Shown here piece after piece: positions 26,390 to 40,925 of a stretch of 64,000 nucleotides of DNA. The translations under genes and the position numbers were made by a program. The stretch comes from Octopus sinensis (lineage: Eukaryota): contig NC_043007.1 of assembly GCF_006345805.1 (NCBI RefSeq), positions 49,910,001 to 49,974,000 of the forward strand. The letters run 5' to 3'. The number at the start of each line of letters is the position of its first letter. Position 1 is the first letter of the stretch. The notes below the pieces were generated by a model. It was given only the letters and a program-made list of their open reading frames with translations. It did no database searches and was not told the origin of the DNA.

Positions 26390-26994
26390 GAACACAGAAA
26401 GAAACAGGGAGAGAAAATAAAAAAAGGTTTAGTGGCTAGCGATCTATCATGGCGAATCCCGGATAGAGGGGTAACACAGGAGGGCGAGGAAGGGGAGATA
26501 ATAAAGTTGTGGTGATCCCAAAACGAAGGTGCACGTGCGTGTGTATGTGCGTGTGGACGGGGGTGTTGATCCATACGTGTGCGTGTGTGCATGTGTAGGA
26601 GTGTGGATGATGGTGTGGGTGTTTCGAAGTTGTCAGTACTAGTGTGTGCGCTGGTGTGAATGCTGGGAATTGGTCAATGCTAGGGTGTGCGGGGTGGTGT
26701 GATGTGGTGTGGTGTGGTGTGGTATGGTGGTGTGGTAGTGTGTGTGTGGTGATGTTGGGGTGTGGGGAGGTGAGAGTGGGGTGTGGGTTGCGTGAGAGTG
26801 GGAGTCGGGGCGGGGTAGGGTGGGATGTATATGGATGATAGGGTTGGAATGTGTAGGGGTGGGGTGAAGATGAAGGGGAGATGGAAGGGAGAAGGGGGTA
26901 GGAGTGAAGAGAGAAATTAGGTGTCAGAGCAAGAGAGAAGCGGTAGGTAGGAGGAAGTAGGCGTGAGAGGAAGAGAGGAGAAAGGTGGAGGGGA

Positions 26995-28089
26995 GTTGAA
27001 CACATGTGGAGCAAAAGAACGAAGAGAGAAGATTAATCCTTGTTCACGGCGAAGACGGGAGTCCAGATGGCCCCTGTGCAAGGACAATCCGAACATAGAC
27101 AGGTGTTATAAAGAATGACCGGTAGAGCAGAAATCGCACGAGACCGGGGTGTCATTTCCGAGTCTGTTGTCTTGAAGGTGTTTCGCAAACCGGTCAGCTA
27201 AGCGGCGTCCCGTTTGACGGATGTTTAGGGGAGGACAGAGAGAGCATGAGATACTGTAGATGACGTTGCTAGAAGAGCAGGTGAAGGAGTCAGTGATATG
27301 ATAGGGTCGATGATGGGTGCTTGAGAAGGGTGGTGTTGGAGAGGTAAGGGCAAGTGCAGCAGCGTGCGCGGGAACCGGGTTGCGAGGTTGGGTTAGGGAA
27401 GTTTGTTAGGAAGTTTGTAGGCTCATTTGAATGAGGGGAGGGATCGGTTAGAGAAGATGTGCGATGTGGAGGGGTCGGACTGGAGTCACCGGAAAGCTAG
27501 GAGAATGGTGCATTGGAGAGGTAGGTTGATCGGGTGGTAGGTGAGGGAAAACGGGAGATGGATGACGGCGGGGCGGGTGCGGGTTTAGAGAGCAGATACA
27601 CGGTCTACAGAAGGTGCACTGGCAAGGGCGGTGTCGATAGTGGTGAGGGGATATCAACGTAGGATGAAATGGCGAGTCATGAGCTCAGACTGAGTCTCAA
27701 TTCATGGTTGTCACTGCAGAGCCTGCGTAGACGGAGGAATTGGTAATAGGGGATGGAAAGCCTGGTGTGTTTAGGGTGTGAGAAGCTGATGTATGAGTGT
27801 GAGTATGTGTATTTGTAGTGGATGGAGGTGGTAAGAGTGGCATGATGAATGCTGACCGAAATGTCGAGAAAGACGACGGAAGTGTCTGAAATGGTGCAGG
27901 GAAAGTGGAGAGCAGGATGGAAAGATTTGACAAAAGAGAGGAATGAGTCTAGATGTTCGCGGGAGAGTGGGGTCGCACCGATTCAGTCGTCAATATAACG
28001 ACCGTATAGTTCGGGAATAGGGCCTGTGAAACTTGAGAATATTTAGCCTCAACGTAGCCAAGGAACAGGTTCGCATAGTTGGGCTCCAT
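26995..28089 (-). pseudogene. Penelope-like element (Neptune-type), 5'-truncated: RT C-half, thumb and GIY-YIG
   Basis: MEPNYANLFLGYVE, LYGRYIDD, VVFLDISV, SIPYYQFLRLRRLCS, NVIYSISCSLC...QTGRRLADRFAKHL and EQGLIFSL, with stops and frameshifts. Confidence 0.88.
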
Positions 28090-28129
28090 GTATAAATATA
28101 TATATGTGTGTGTGTGTGTAAGTGTGTGT

Positions 28130-28212
<83 letters not shown>

Positions 28213-28549
28213 GTTAAAATTAAAAGGGTAGAAAATTTAGAAAACTTTCATACAAGTGGCTAGCGTGCGTAATGAAAGTCATTAGACCACATGTTTTCAT
28301 ATGAAAAAGTGTATAATATGATACACAAAAGCTGCGACCCTTTATAAACCACCTTACATACTAGTGAGAGCAACCAAACCCAAACCACGAAAAAAAGTAA
28401 TTCCCAAGAGAATGAAAACAGTAATTATTTACAGTTAATCCCAAATTCGAGTTTTTGTATCAATGAACAAATAAATTAATTTGTTATCATTACTCTGAGA
28501 TCAAATTTGACTATATATATATATGTATATATATTTATTATATAGAAGG

Positions 28550-28600
28550 AGCTTCTACAGGACTAGAACTGTTTCATTCAAGAGAAATCTTCAGGAAGCT
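28550..28600 (-). ncRNA. Type I hammerhead ribozyme, nearly intact
   Basis: Stem I AGCUUC/GAAGCU (6 bp), core CUGAAGA, stem II UUC-UCUU-GAA with a U.U first pair, GAAA, stem III ACAG/CUGU. Predicted cleavage after GUA at 28556. Confidence 0.65.
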
Positions 28601-29327
28601 AGTTAACAAGTATTGTATTGGCATTTATACATTTAGGCAGGTTTAACGGGGTGTTGGTGGGGGACTTTTTTGGGGGTAGGCATAGCGCAAAATATCATAC
28701 TTGGGGGAGTGGTCAAGGAGTCAGTGTTAAATTAGATAGAAGAATAAATAAAAAAATAAAAAAATAAGAAAATAAAATTTAAAAAAAAAAATTAAAAAAA
28801 AATAAAAAATTAAAAAAAACCCATATATAAAAAAACCTATATATAAAAAAAGGGGGAATAGAGTTTTAGGTAAATAAGGAGATTCTCACTTATACCTATG
28901 CACACGTGTATACATACATACACACACATACAAACATATATACATATACATACACACATACATACACACACATATATATACATATATATACACTTACACA
29001 TACACATACATATACATATCTACAGATACACATATATGTATACATACACACACTCACATTGCATACACGTATACACACATGTATATATACACACACGACC
29101 CCTCACATAACATATACGCACAGAAAAATATATATACACACATACACACACATACTCACATACACGCATACACACACATATCCACAACACACACATGCAC
29201 ACACAGCACACTAGTCCCTATATACATTAATAAAAGAAATAAAACATATGCATATATATAAACATATATGTACGTACCTACCTCTACATGTACATATACA
29301 CGCATATATGTGTACAGGACACCAAAG

Positions 29328-29366
<39 letters not shown>

Positions 29367-29410
29367 TATATACATATATACATACATACATACATACCTA
29401 CTTACCTACC

Positions 29411-29442
<32 letters not shown>

Positions 29443-30615
29443 CGTATATATATGTCGGTAGGTAGGTAGATAAAGTTATAATTGCTAAAGTTATAATTCT
29501 TAATTATAACTATAAATGTGTGTGCGTGCGTGTGTGTTTGTGTGTGTTTGTATGTGTGTGTTTGTATGTGTGTGTGTGCGCGCGCGTATATTGAGAATGT
29601 TCTGAAAATATATGCACACAAACAACTTGCCGGATATATAAAGTACGTGAGGAAGATGAGAAGGAAGAGATGAAAACGACGGGATTTCTTGCACAATTAA
29701 CCAGAAATGAACGTTATAATATTTATCCAATTAATGTCTTATCTTTGTCCCAATAGATATAAAACTCGTTGGTAGATGTATAGATGGATAAACGAAAGCA
29801 TCGTGCATACATACATATGCATATGCATGCAACCATCTATCCACAAATGCACACTCACACGCACACATGTATGTATTTATATATATATATATAATATATG
29901 TGGTGTGTGTGTATGTGTGTGTGTGTGTATCAGTGTCTACGTATGTGTATGTATACATATATATTTATATACATACATACGTATGTATCCATATATATTT
30001 ATGCCCTTCGCTGAGAATAACATGAAATAAACAAATACACTTATCTCTGTGATGCATACATATAAATGCACATATGCCCGTGATTGTGACTTAGTTGGAT
30101 AGTACGAAAGAGTTTGCTTAGAGTGGCGTGGGTAGTCGCGTGCATTTAAGTTAAGCGCACGGTGAATCATTGTCTGTTTACGTAATAACAATAGCTCTGA
30201 ATGTACACACTTACGTATAGTTTATATATGTATGTATGTATGTACGTATGTATGTATGTACGTATGTACGTATGTATGTATGTATGTATGTATGTATGTA
30301 TGTATGTATGTATGTATGTATGTATGTATGTATGTTATGTTGTATGTATGTATGTATGTATGTATGTATGTATGTATGTATGTATGTATGTATGTACTTT
30401 CACGAGCGCGTGGGAGTATGCTTTAAGTGTCGATTATAAAACCATTGTGTCAATAAACTGCTCTTGAAACCCATTTAGAAAGAAGAATAATTCCAAATTT
30501 CGGTGGTTGAAGAAGCAAGAAAAAAAGTTGAATTAGATCAACTACTTTAAAAATAGAACCAAGAGGAAAACTATAATGAAAGCTACAAACACTAATAATA
30601 ATAATGATGATAATA

Positions 30616-30668
<53 letters not shown>

Positions 30669-30703
30669 TAATAATAATAATGATAATGATGATGATGATG
30701 ATG

Positions 30704-30763
<60 letters not shown>

Positions 30764-31256
30764 TATGAGTAAAATCTGTAATATAATGGAACACAAAACT
30801 TAACTATATAACTGTCATTACTAACACAGGCAATAAATCCCATATGAAGATGAGACGAAATATATCTAGAAGCTTTAAATTCAATTCAGACAGTCAAATG
30901 TATCTTTACAAAGCACTTCAAGGCGCGTATTAATGCTTTTAAGAAAGACTGCACAAATGCAAAAGAAAAAAGAAAAAGAAAGCAAACAAAGGGATTCAGG
31001 AAGCAACAACAAAGTAAATTATAAGATAAACACCAGTCAAACAAACCATAGCTGAAAGGAACAAACGAAAAATTTGCTCGGAAGATAAAATACAATACGT
31101 GTTATTTTGATAAACTATACGTTTTTCTCAGCGATTCTATAGCCTATACACCTGTACAGTTACACAGTTAATTACAGCAGAATCGAAACATTTGTCTTGC
31201 CATATATAATCGATCTTTTGTTGGCTGTTTTTCACAAGTGCAAGCTATTAGTAAGA

Positions 31257-31660
31257 TGTCAAATTGGTGCCGATATTATTGCGGTTTTTAATTACCAGTT
31301 TTTAAGCAGAGTAAATTTCATTAGACGAATTAATAACCATTAGAAGCTATATCTTTTCGCCATGAAGGAAAACGTGTATTCCAGTAGTATAAGAGTATGC
31401 TGTCCAAGAAGTGATGAATTCTTCTAAGTCGTCATGAGTTGCGACTGTCTGGCTGTCGCAAAATCTTTTTGGTGGAAAATTATCAAGATGCTTCGAAGAT
31501 AATCGGTCGGAGAACGATCTGATATGTAAGATGGTTGAGATTAAATTCAGCAGGCCAGTTTGCTGAATGTCTACAATAATTTATAGAACAATGCCTTTAG
31601 ATGTTGCATTAAGACAATCTAGTCCATTTCCATCCGTTCTTGCAGTTCTAGGTGTATTTT
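31257..31660 (-). mobile_element. Decayed DD34D mariner (Hsmar1/cecropia-like), C-terminus and TIR
   Basis: TIR-like TTGGTGCCGATATTATTGCGGTTTTT. The minus strand encodes KHLDNF..KRF and EFITS....TTGI. Confidence 0.55.
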
Positions 31661-32675
31661 GTTGATTCCCTAGCTATACCTTGTTTTTGTGATTGCTTCA
31701 CCAGAATTCAAAGGAAAGGAGTGTGGTATTCTAAAACAGTGACAACTAATTTCTGAAGAAGCTCCAGTTTAGTAATATATTTTGGAGTTTAAAGTTGATC
31801 AACACATTATGAGGAACATTATTGTCTGTTATGTAGAATGCATCTTTCATCCCATATTACAATGCTATCCAGAAATGGATAAATTTGTCATGCAAAACAA
31901 AAGCGGAACAGATTTTCTAATGGCGATATATTTTTCTCTTTCGTTCATATCATATGCTTCCATTTGTCAAGGATTTCTGCTTTTCTTGTACAAAACAAAT
32001 GCCCAGCAACTCTTTAATGGTCTATGTTGAGCTCTTCTACAACCACCACTCGAGTTGTTTCGTAGGTTTACCCCCCCCCCAAAAAAAAAGAAAGAAAAAG
32101 AGGCACTTGGTTTCAATCCCAGATTGGCGTTCGCAAATATCTTTTAGACTCTCGTCACCAATGTGAAAATTTTGGAACCAAAGTTGAATTGTGCGCGTGT
32201 TAACGATTTTCTGGCCAAATTTATGGTTGATATGACAATCAATTTTTCACTGGTTTAGCTCCACTTTCAACTTTTACAATAAAATAACTCGCACTTTTTT
32301 TATCCCCTTTTCTTTCTTTTTTTTTCTACTCTTTTGACATTCTAAGATAAACACTAATAAACAGTAGGATTGAAACCAAACCTGTGCCTCAAAATTTCAT
32401 ATTACACGAACATGGCAAGATATAAACCTATTCTAAAGTTTAAAATAACAAACACCAGAATTATTTTTGCGAATCATTTTTGTAAAAATAGAAAAACTAA
32501 GTATGTCCGGTAATCGAAAACTGATCGCCAAATCCGCCTGCTAGCTGCTTATTTCTAATTTCTGTGGCTGGCGTTTAGTTTAGACAATCTAAAAAAGCAT
32601 ACATTGATAACGGCAATTGCCTTTTGCTCAATTGTAAAACATGATTGGTAACAACCTTATGCAGGAATCAGCTAG

Positions 32676-32749
<74 letters not shown>

Positions 32750-33453
32750 GCACACGCTCACAAACAAATAATGATGCACATCGTATTGATGTGCGTATGA
32801 ATATTCTGAACCATAGCTTGCTACTGAAAGGGTGTTGCAAATGAAATAATTTATTGACTCTCTATATGTGTGTATGTATTTGTATGTGTGTGTGTGTGTG
32901 AGTGCGTGTTTCATTTTGTTTGTATGCATTTTTTCGCGTATGTGTGCGCGTTTGAATGTGTGTGTGTACGTTTGCGTATGTGCTTGACTGTGTGTGTGAG
33001 AGAGAGCGAGTTTATATGTATGTATATATATATAAACTCACTGATATAGGAAATCCTTCTTCTTTTTCCCTCTCCCTTCCCCTCTTTCTCTTTAGCCTCA
33101 GATACAAACGCACACACACACACACACACACATACACATACACACATGTTCTCTCTCTCACTTCCTCCTCATCCACTTCACCCTCTTGTGCTGTGTTGTT
33201 CCTCCCCACGACTACGAAACTCTATAAAATGATTAAAATTCCCCACAAAGGAATTATTTTGATTTGAAAACCCCACTAGAATGGGAGAAAGCGCTAATGA
33301 TCTGAATGAAATGATATATATATGTAAAAAATGTAATATATAAATAAATATCTGTAAATATGAACCATCCGATCTTCTGATTACCTCATTTCTTCTAATA
33401 TATATATATATATATATATATGCATATGTATATATATCATTTGTCCGTTACCA

Positions 33454-33660
33454 TTTACTTGTTTCAGTCATTAGACTGTGGTCATGCTGCGGTACCTACT
33501 TGAAAAAATTATAGTTGAATGTATCGACCTCAGTACTTTTTTTTAAGACTGGTACTTATTCTATCAATATCTTTTGCCGAACCGCTAGATTACAGGGACA
33601 TAAACACACTAACATCAGTTGTCAAATGATGAAAAGGGGACAAACATAGACACACACAGA
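33454..33660 (-). mobile_element. CORE-type SINE, 3' half, ending in its (CA)n where a PLE begins
   Basis: Matches the 3' part of 481-880. Confidence 0.75.
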
Positions 33661-33687
33661 CACACACACACACACACACACATACAT

Positions 33688-34575
33688 ACCGCCTTCTTTA
33701 AACCTACGGATTCCCACCTCTATCTCAACTTCTCTTCCTCCCACCCCTTCCACACCAAACGAGCCATCCCCTACTCCCAGTTCCTCCGCCTCCGACGTTT
33801 GTGCAGCCGCGACCAGGATTTCGAAACCCAATCTCAATACCTGGCCCGCATGTTCAGACTCCGAGGTTACCCACCCATACTCCTCTCTGATGCCCTCACC
33901 CGCGCCCGTCGCATCGACCGCACTACCGCCCTGTCTCCTTCCCCCCGCCCACCCCCCAACCGCACCCCTTCCCCCTCCTTTTCCACCCCTCTACCATACC
34001 CCTTCGTCGCAAGATACTACGTGCCTTCCGTCGCCTCCAGCTTGATCCCACACCACCCACCCATTTTCCCTAACCCACCCTGTCCTCTTTCAAACGAGCC
34101 GCAATCTGCGTGACCTCCTGGTCCACAGCACCCTCTCTCCTTCCCCCTCAGCCCCACACGGATCATTCCCTTGCTCTAGATCCCGCTGCAACACTTGCCC
34201 CTTCATCACAACACCACCGCTGTCACCGGCTCCAACCAGCATACTGTACGCATTAGGCACTCTTTTACGTGCACCTCGTCTGGCCTTATTTACTGCATTA
34301 AATGCAACCTATGCGGGATGCTGTATGTAGGACAGACGGGACGCCGGCTGTCCGACCGTTTCACTGAACACTTGAGGGACGTTCGCCTACACTCTTTTTC
34401 TCCCGTCGCACGCCACTTCCGCTCGGCCGGCCATTCCCTAGATGACATCTCAGTGTTTGGTCTCGCCCCCACAATGGTCGGCCCCCAATTTCCCTCTTCA
34501 GCTCCACTTGGAGCAACGCTACATCTTCACCCTACAAACTACCACCCCACACGGACTTAACACAGCCCCCTCCTC
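33688..34575 (+). pseudogene. Penelope-like element (Neptune-type), thumb, Cys-rich linker and GIY-YIG
   Basis: KPTDSHLYLNFSSSHPFHTKRAIPYSQFLRLRRLCS, FPCSRSRCNTCPFI, FTCTSSGLIYCIKCNLCGMLYVGQTGRRLSDRFTEHL and EQRYIFTLQTTTPHGLN. Confidence 0.92.
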
Positions 34576-34599
34576 TTGAGATCCGCTTTTTTCCCGGAT

Positions 34600-34779
34600 A
34601 CACCACCCACCCACACCCACCCACCTACCTCCCACACGCCTGTTCACACACACACATACGTAGACCCATCTACGTACATACATTCACACATTTAATCACA
34701 CACACTTATAGACATACATGCACACACTAACATACAAACCAACATGCACATACACACACACATACATACATACACACAC

Positions 34780-34814
<35 letters not shown>

Positions 34815-37320
34815 GACATACATACACACATACATACACACATACATACGCACATACATACACACACACGCACACACACACACCGCACGTACATACTTCA
34901 CACACACACACATGCACACATACATGTAGGCACATACATACGTACATACCCACACATGCACACCCTTACACTGAATGCACACACACATACACCTTTTTGC
35001 ATCCAGGCAGCCCCCCTCTTTTCTGCTTTCCGGTTTTGGCTGATGAATCCTCGGTTCCCGCGTAGCGGGGCGTTCGAGGGCCCTTGCGCTCGCGCGCCTT
35101 GGCGCGCGCTGGGGGCCTGGTCGGCCCCTTGGGCTTGCGTTGTACTGCTTGTGCGTTGTGTGCGTGAGCGCGCTTCGTGTGTGTGGGATTGCTTCGGATG
35201 TGCGCGTGCGTATGTATGCATACATACCCACACACTCGCATGCATCCCTACCCACATACATACACGCACACCTACTCACACACACATACACACACACACA
35301 CATACCCGCACACACACACACATACCTACTTCAGACATACACACACACAGACATACACCCATACACTCACACTCACACGCACGCACCACACACACACATA
35401 CACGCACGCACACGTACACATACACACATACACACACCTACATACATACATTACACTTGTACACACACACACTTACATCATACACACAACACACCTACAC
35501 ACCATACCCTCACTCAGACACACACACCTACCTACACACCACACAACACAAACACACACAGACACACACCCATACATACATACATCTACACACACACGCC
35601 TACACACATACATACACACATACATACACAACCACACACATACCATACCACACATACGCACACACACATATACTTATACACATGCACACACACACATACA
35701 TACATACACCCATACACATACACACACACATACCTACATACTCCTATACACGCACATACATACACAGACATACACACATACACACTCACACCAACATACA
35801 CACACACATACTTACACCACACGTCACCTGCACGCGCACACACACATGCATGACAAACACCCATACACTCACACTCACATACGCACACACCAACATAAAC
35901 ACGCACACGCACACACACACCTACACTCCCACACACTACACACGCTCCTACATACACACACGCACGCATACACACGCACACAACACGCATACACACATAC
36001 ATTACACACGTACACACACACCTACATACACATGCATACACACACACACACAAACATGCACGGACACACCCAGACATACATACATACACTATATACACAC
36101 GCCCACACACCTACATACACACATATACACATACACACTCCCCACACACTACATACATACACACATACATACACACATACACACGGACACACCCATACAT
36201 ACTTACATACATACACCTATACACACACGCCTACACACCTACATACACACACATGCATACACACACATGCATACACCACACCCATGTACGCACATACACA
36301 CACATATACGCACATACATATATACCCACACACATGCACACACCACACATACGCACATGAATGCATGCATGCACACGCGCACACCTACACGCATACACAC
36401 ACACACACACGCACGTACACATACATACATACACACCACACATACTACAAATACCCCCATACACATACAATGCATCCTACACACACATACATACACACTC
36501 ACACCATACATAACACACACACACACACTCACTCACACACCTGTATGTACGCGCACACACATGCACATACACACACTTCCCACACCCACACGTACATACA
36601 TACACACTCATACACATACACACACACAACACGGACATACATCTATGCACACACATATATACACACACATACTCACATGCATTCATCGGACACCTGACAC
36701 CCAGACATACACACAGACACTCACTCACACATCCACACCATACATACTTACGCGCATACTCGCAGGCGCGCGCACACACACGCGCTTGCGCCGGTTCGCG
36801 CACGCATACGCGCCGCATGCACCTCGCTCTTGGACCCGACGAGACCTCCCGCTCGTTCCTGGACCGTCGCTTGTCGTTGGGTTTTCCCACGCCCGTCTCC
36901 GTTGGACCACTCTTCCATCTTCCCCTCAGCTGTAGTCCTTTTTTCCTAACCACCCCCCCCTTTTTTTGTTACACACACACGCGCACACATATACACACAT
37001 TGCTTAAATATATACATTACTCTTACACACATTCAATCTACTCGCTATTAATACTACCACGAACACTGGACACACACACACCCTACTACTCAACACACGC
37101 TGGCACGCTACATACCGCCCCCACCCCTTCCCCTCCCTCCCCCTTCCTCTTTCCTTCTTTTTCTTACTACTGACCACTGTCTGCTTGCCTACCAGTGTCT
37201 CGCCCTACCTCACACGCCTACACACAGACGCACACACTAACACATACATATATTTTTTGTTTTTTTATCTCGCCTCACACACACACATCCACACACGCAC
37301 ACGCACACACTCACACATAC
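34600..37320. repeat. ~2.7-kb degenerate (CA)/(CATA)-rich simple-sequence tract inside the PLE 3' region
   Basis: Cryptic purine-pyrimidine alternation. It is the source of the 659- and 506-aa His/Thr ORFs. Confidence 0.9.
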
Positions 37321-37498
37321 ACACACATCTGTTGCGTTACCAACCTTGTCTCCACTCTTTGGCTTTAAAAACCTACTTTGCTCTTGTTATCGTAAACTTC
37401 CGCCTTTCACCATGTGTAACTCGTAAACACCAGTCGTTTTTTTCTCTATCCCTGTTGCCCGCTTTGGGATCTTTCTTTCCTCTCTCTTCCTTCTTTAT

Positions 37499-37533
37499 GT
37501 TTCCGACGAAGAGCTCCGCTCGAAACGTCATAC
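37499..37533 (+). ncRNA. Degenerate minimal hammerhead in the tail of the plus-strand Neptune PLE
   Basis: CCGACGA(U4>C)-A-GAGC UCC GCUC-GAAAC-GUC. Stem I is weak. Confidence 0.55.
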
Positions 37534-37620
37534 CTTCCTGCTTCCATTTCCTGAGCGCCTATTAATAATAATACTGTAATTGTTCCATTGTTGTTGTTTT
37601 TTTGTTTTCCCGTTTGGATT

Positions 37621-37664
<44 letters not shown>

Positions 37665-39998
37665 TTTGATACTTTGATACTTTGATAGGTTTCGGCCATT
37701 ATTGGCCCAGGCCATGTCTAACTTAATAGCACACACTTCGTTTTTGTTGTTATATCCAACAAAAGGTCAGATATTGTTTAATATGATCTCAGTTATGATG
37801 ATAAGGTGCGATTTGAGTTCAGTTATTGATACTGCTTCTAACAAGTCGTGTGACCATAGGGGACGAATCCATCGTCGTCTCGACTTCATATCTGCGATGA
37901 ATATTTTGATTTCTTTATCAATTAATTCGTATCTTATGATAATTTATACATCTCATCATCATCGCCCCAGGGGTTCGCAATGTCCGAGTATAGATTTGGC
38001 TTGAGGATTGCATTGTGTTTTCCGAGGACAGGGTGCCAATATATTGCCACTAACATTTCTACACGATTTTATATTTATTTCTGACAGCTGAGATGAAGTG
38101 AGGCACAACGAGAGCGCCTGCCATGGCAGTGAACTACAGAACTAGGTGCTTGTAATCAAATACCTTTAGCTACTCCATCATGTAACACTTTTGCTTTTAA
38201 CGGACAATCATATGAAAATATAATGTATGGTTTTTGATTGTTAGTGAGAGATAAAAACTTGGAAGAACACTTTGCCGAATTTATGGAATCAATAAATTGT
38301 TAATTATCGTAATATGTTTGTAATGGCACATTGTTTTTTTGGGTTTTTTTAAAACTAATATTATTGTTATTACAGGACTACAACTAGCTAGAACTATTAA
38401 AAGGCCTGAAAAACATTTTACGTTCTGAGTTCAAATCGTACTTGGTCAAGTTTCCCTTTTATCGGAATCGGCAAAATAACGTACCATTATGTATGGGCTC
38501 ATTGATATCGAGTGACCCCTTCCTCAAAACTGATGTCCTTAAGGCAGGGAGACAGAAATAATGTTTAATGGCATTTCTTCTGGCTCTTTACGTTCTGAGT
38601 CAGCTTTGAGGTCATCTTTAATCCTCAAGGGATAGAACAAATAAGTACCAGTTGAGCACTAGAGTCGATGTAATCGACTTCCTTCTTCCCTTAAAATTAC
38701 TGGCCTTGAACATCTTTTTGTTTTGTTGTCCACACACAAGGGCAGATGAATATAATAATTTTTCGTGATATTTTGGCTCGATTTTGGCACGATTTGAAAT
38801 CAGAACTAAAGGGACGTAGCAAAATATTACAAGGGATTTCCTCCACTATCTTAACTATTCTACTAATCCATCGTCGTTTTGTAAGTCTAGTTTCTAGTCT
38901 ACCCGATATCTGTCACAGAAATACAACGATACATATAAGCGTTTGGCGTGCTTTACATCCTCACAAAATTGAGTGATCATGGCCTTTGTCATTGACTTAC
39001 TTATGTTACCTCCTTTACCTCGAATTTTATTCTCTGTTGTCCAGATAGTTACTTGCCACAAAAGTATTCATAAACATTTCTGCATGCATTAACATATGTT
39101 TACTGGTACAGCGGGCTTGTATTATCTCTGCTTCGTTGACATCGTCCAGTAAAGGCGAAACGTGTTATTTTCTCGTTAACAAATATAAGATTTTCTCTTC
39201 ATATGGTTATTAAATTACTTTTAATTAGTTCTTCATTTATTAAAACGATTTCCTCTTTACATACTACCATATGTATTTCTGCATGAGTGTATATACGTAT
39301 AGAAAATGGATAGAAGAACGTAATAAAAAGAGATAAACACAACGAGAGAAGCAGAGACAATAGTGGGCATAATGCAGTAGCAGAGAGATGGAGAGATAGT
39401 AGAATGTGGTGATGTGTGAGGCGTTGATTGCATTTTTCTGCGTAACATTTTCGAGTATAATATTACAGCGCTTTAATCGGCAAGTGAACGGGTCAAATTT
39501 ATTGTCTGTTATGACTCTAACATCTGGACTGTACGGCTATTTGCAGATATGAAAACCCCAGAGAAGAGACTGAAAATAGAATATTAAAAATGTAGTGATA
39601 TCAAGTTACAGGGTATCATTAGAACGATTAAAAACGAGGAAACAATATTACCGTGAAACCAACACATTGATAACACAAATAAAGGAGAGGTGGCTAGTGA
39701 AACACACAAACATATACACATACACATATACATACATATACAGCCAACCGCGCATACATAGAAATATACATACATACATACATACTTGTATGTATATATG
39801 TATGTATATGTGTTATATATATATACACATATATCTACACATATACACGCAATCAGTGATATATGCATATGTTCATACATACAGACATACATACATAACT
39901 ATATATATATATATATACCCACATGCAAATATGCATACATCCAGCATACACACACATACACACACATGCACACACACACATGCACACACACATACACA

Positions 39999-40057
<59 letters not shown>

Positions 40058-40109
40058 GGGTCGTATTGTAAGTTATGTTTAGGACCAGTGCTATGTACAC
40101 TCCTCAGAT

Positions 40110-40690
40110 TATTACTTCATTTACTTCATAAAAACTCATGTTTGTCGACGAATATCTGAACATGACGAGACACTCTACCAAATTCTCAGCTCTGCTACTA
40201 AGAACAATATTTTCATACCTTTGTATTGTCTTAATCTGTTCAGGACGTAGGAATGTCTTTGCTCTAATGTGAGCCTAATAATCTATGATGCTTTTATTCG
40301 TTCGGGAGGTCAACGGTCGTCCTGAACACAATTGGCCCTCAAGCAACAAGTGACCATTTCTAATGCATGGAAACCACTCGTAAACTTGGGTTTTGCATCG
40401 TCCTTCTAAGCTGTTTGCAGCATGACAACTGTTTCGGCCGCCATTTTCCCAAACAGAAAACAGGATTTCACAGAACCACGCTGTTCTTTCGTTTCAGCTA
40501 TCGCAAAAATCGACGAACAGTTTAGAAGCACTGCAAAACAAATATGCAGCACGTGACAGTCCGACTCCATAGGATGACACCAATCGGAAGACTGATGCCT
40601 GAGGGCCGCATCAAGTGGCTTCTAGCGGCGGAACCGTGAACCACAATGGGCTTCTGCCACAAAGAACGTTTCCAGTTACGTTTGGGTACT
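40110..40690 (-). pseudogene. DD34D mariner transposase N-terminal (HTH) fragment
   Basis: EQRGSVKSCFLFGKMAAETVVMLQTA*KDDA.KTQVYEWF...SGRPLTSRT. Confidence 0.75.
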
Positions 40691-40731
40691 TACTCTTACA
40701 TACATACATATACACACATTCATACATACAT

Positions 40732-40762
<31 letters not shown>

Positions 40763-40778
40763 ACACACACACACACAC

Positions 40779-40866
<88 letters not shown>

Positions 40867-40925
40867 ATACATACACGTAAATGTCGAACTATGAAAATGA
40901 GTTTTCAACACCGCATTGGTGGATA

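Noticed and set aside
25588-26592. 334-aa minus-strand ORF
   Set aside because: Stitched from a PLE tail, microsatellites and (GAA)n; no coherent protein.
35039-35095. CUGAUGA followed by GC-rich hairpins
   Set aside because: No GAAA after the stem, and it lies in noisy low-complexity sequence. The local GC richness is not evidence of a CpG island.
34956-36935. 659-aa and 506-aa His/Thr-rich ORFs
   Set aside because: Translations of degenerate (CA)n that lacks stop codons; no domain signal. The same applies to the many YI/VC/HT/poly-F ORFs in the track.
37720-38020. Possible further PLE GIY-YIG remnant on the minus strand
   Set aside because: Too many stops and only vague motif resemblance.
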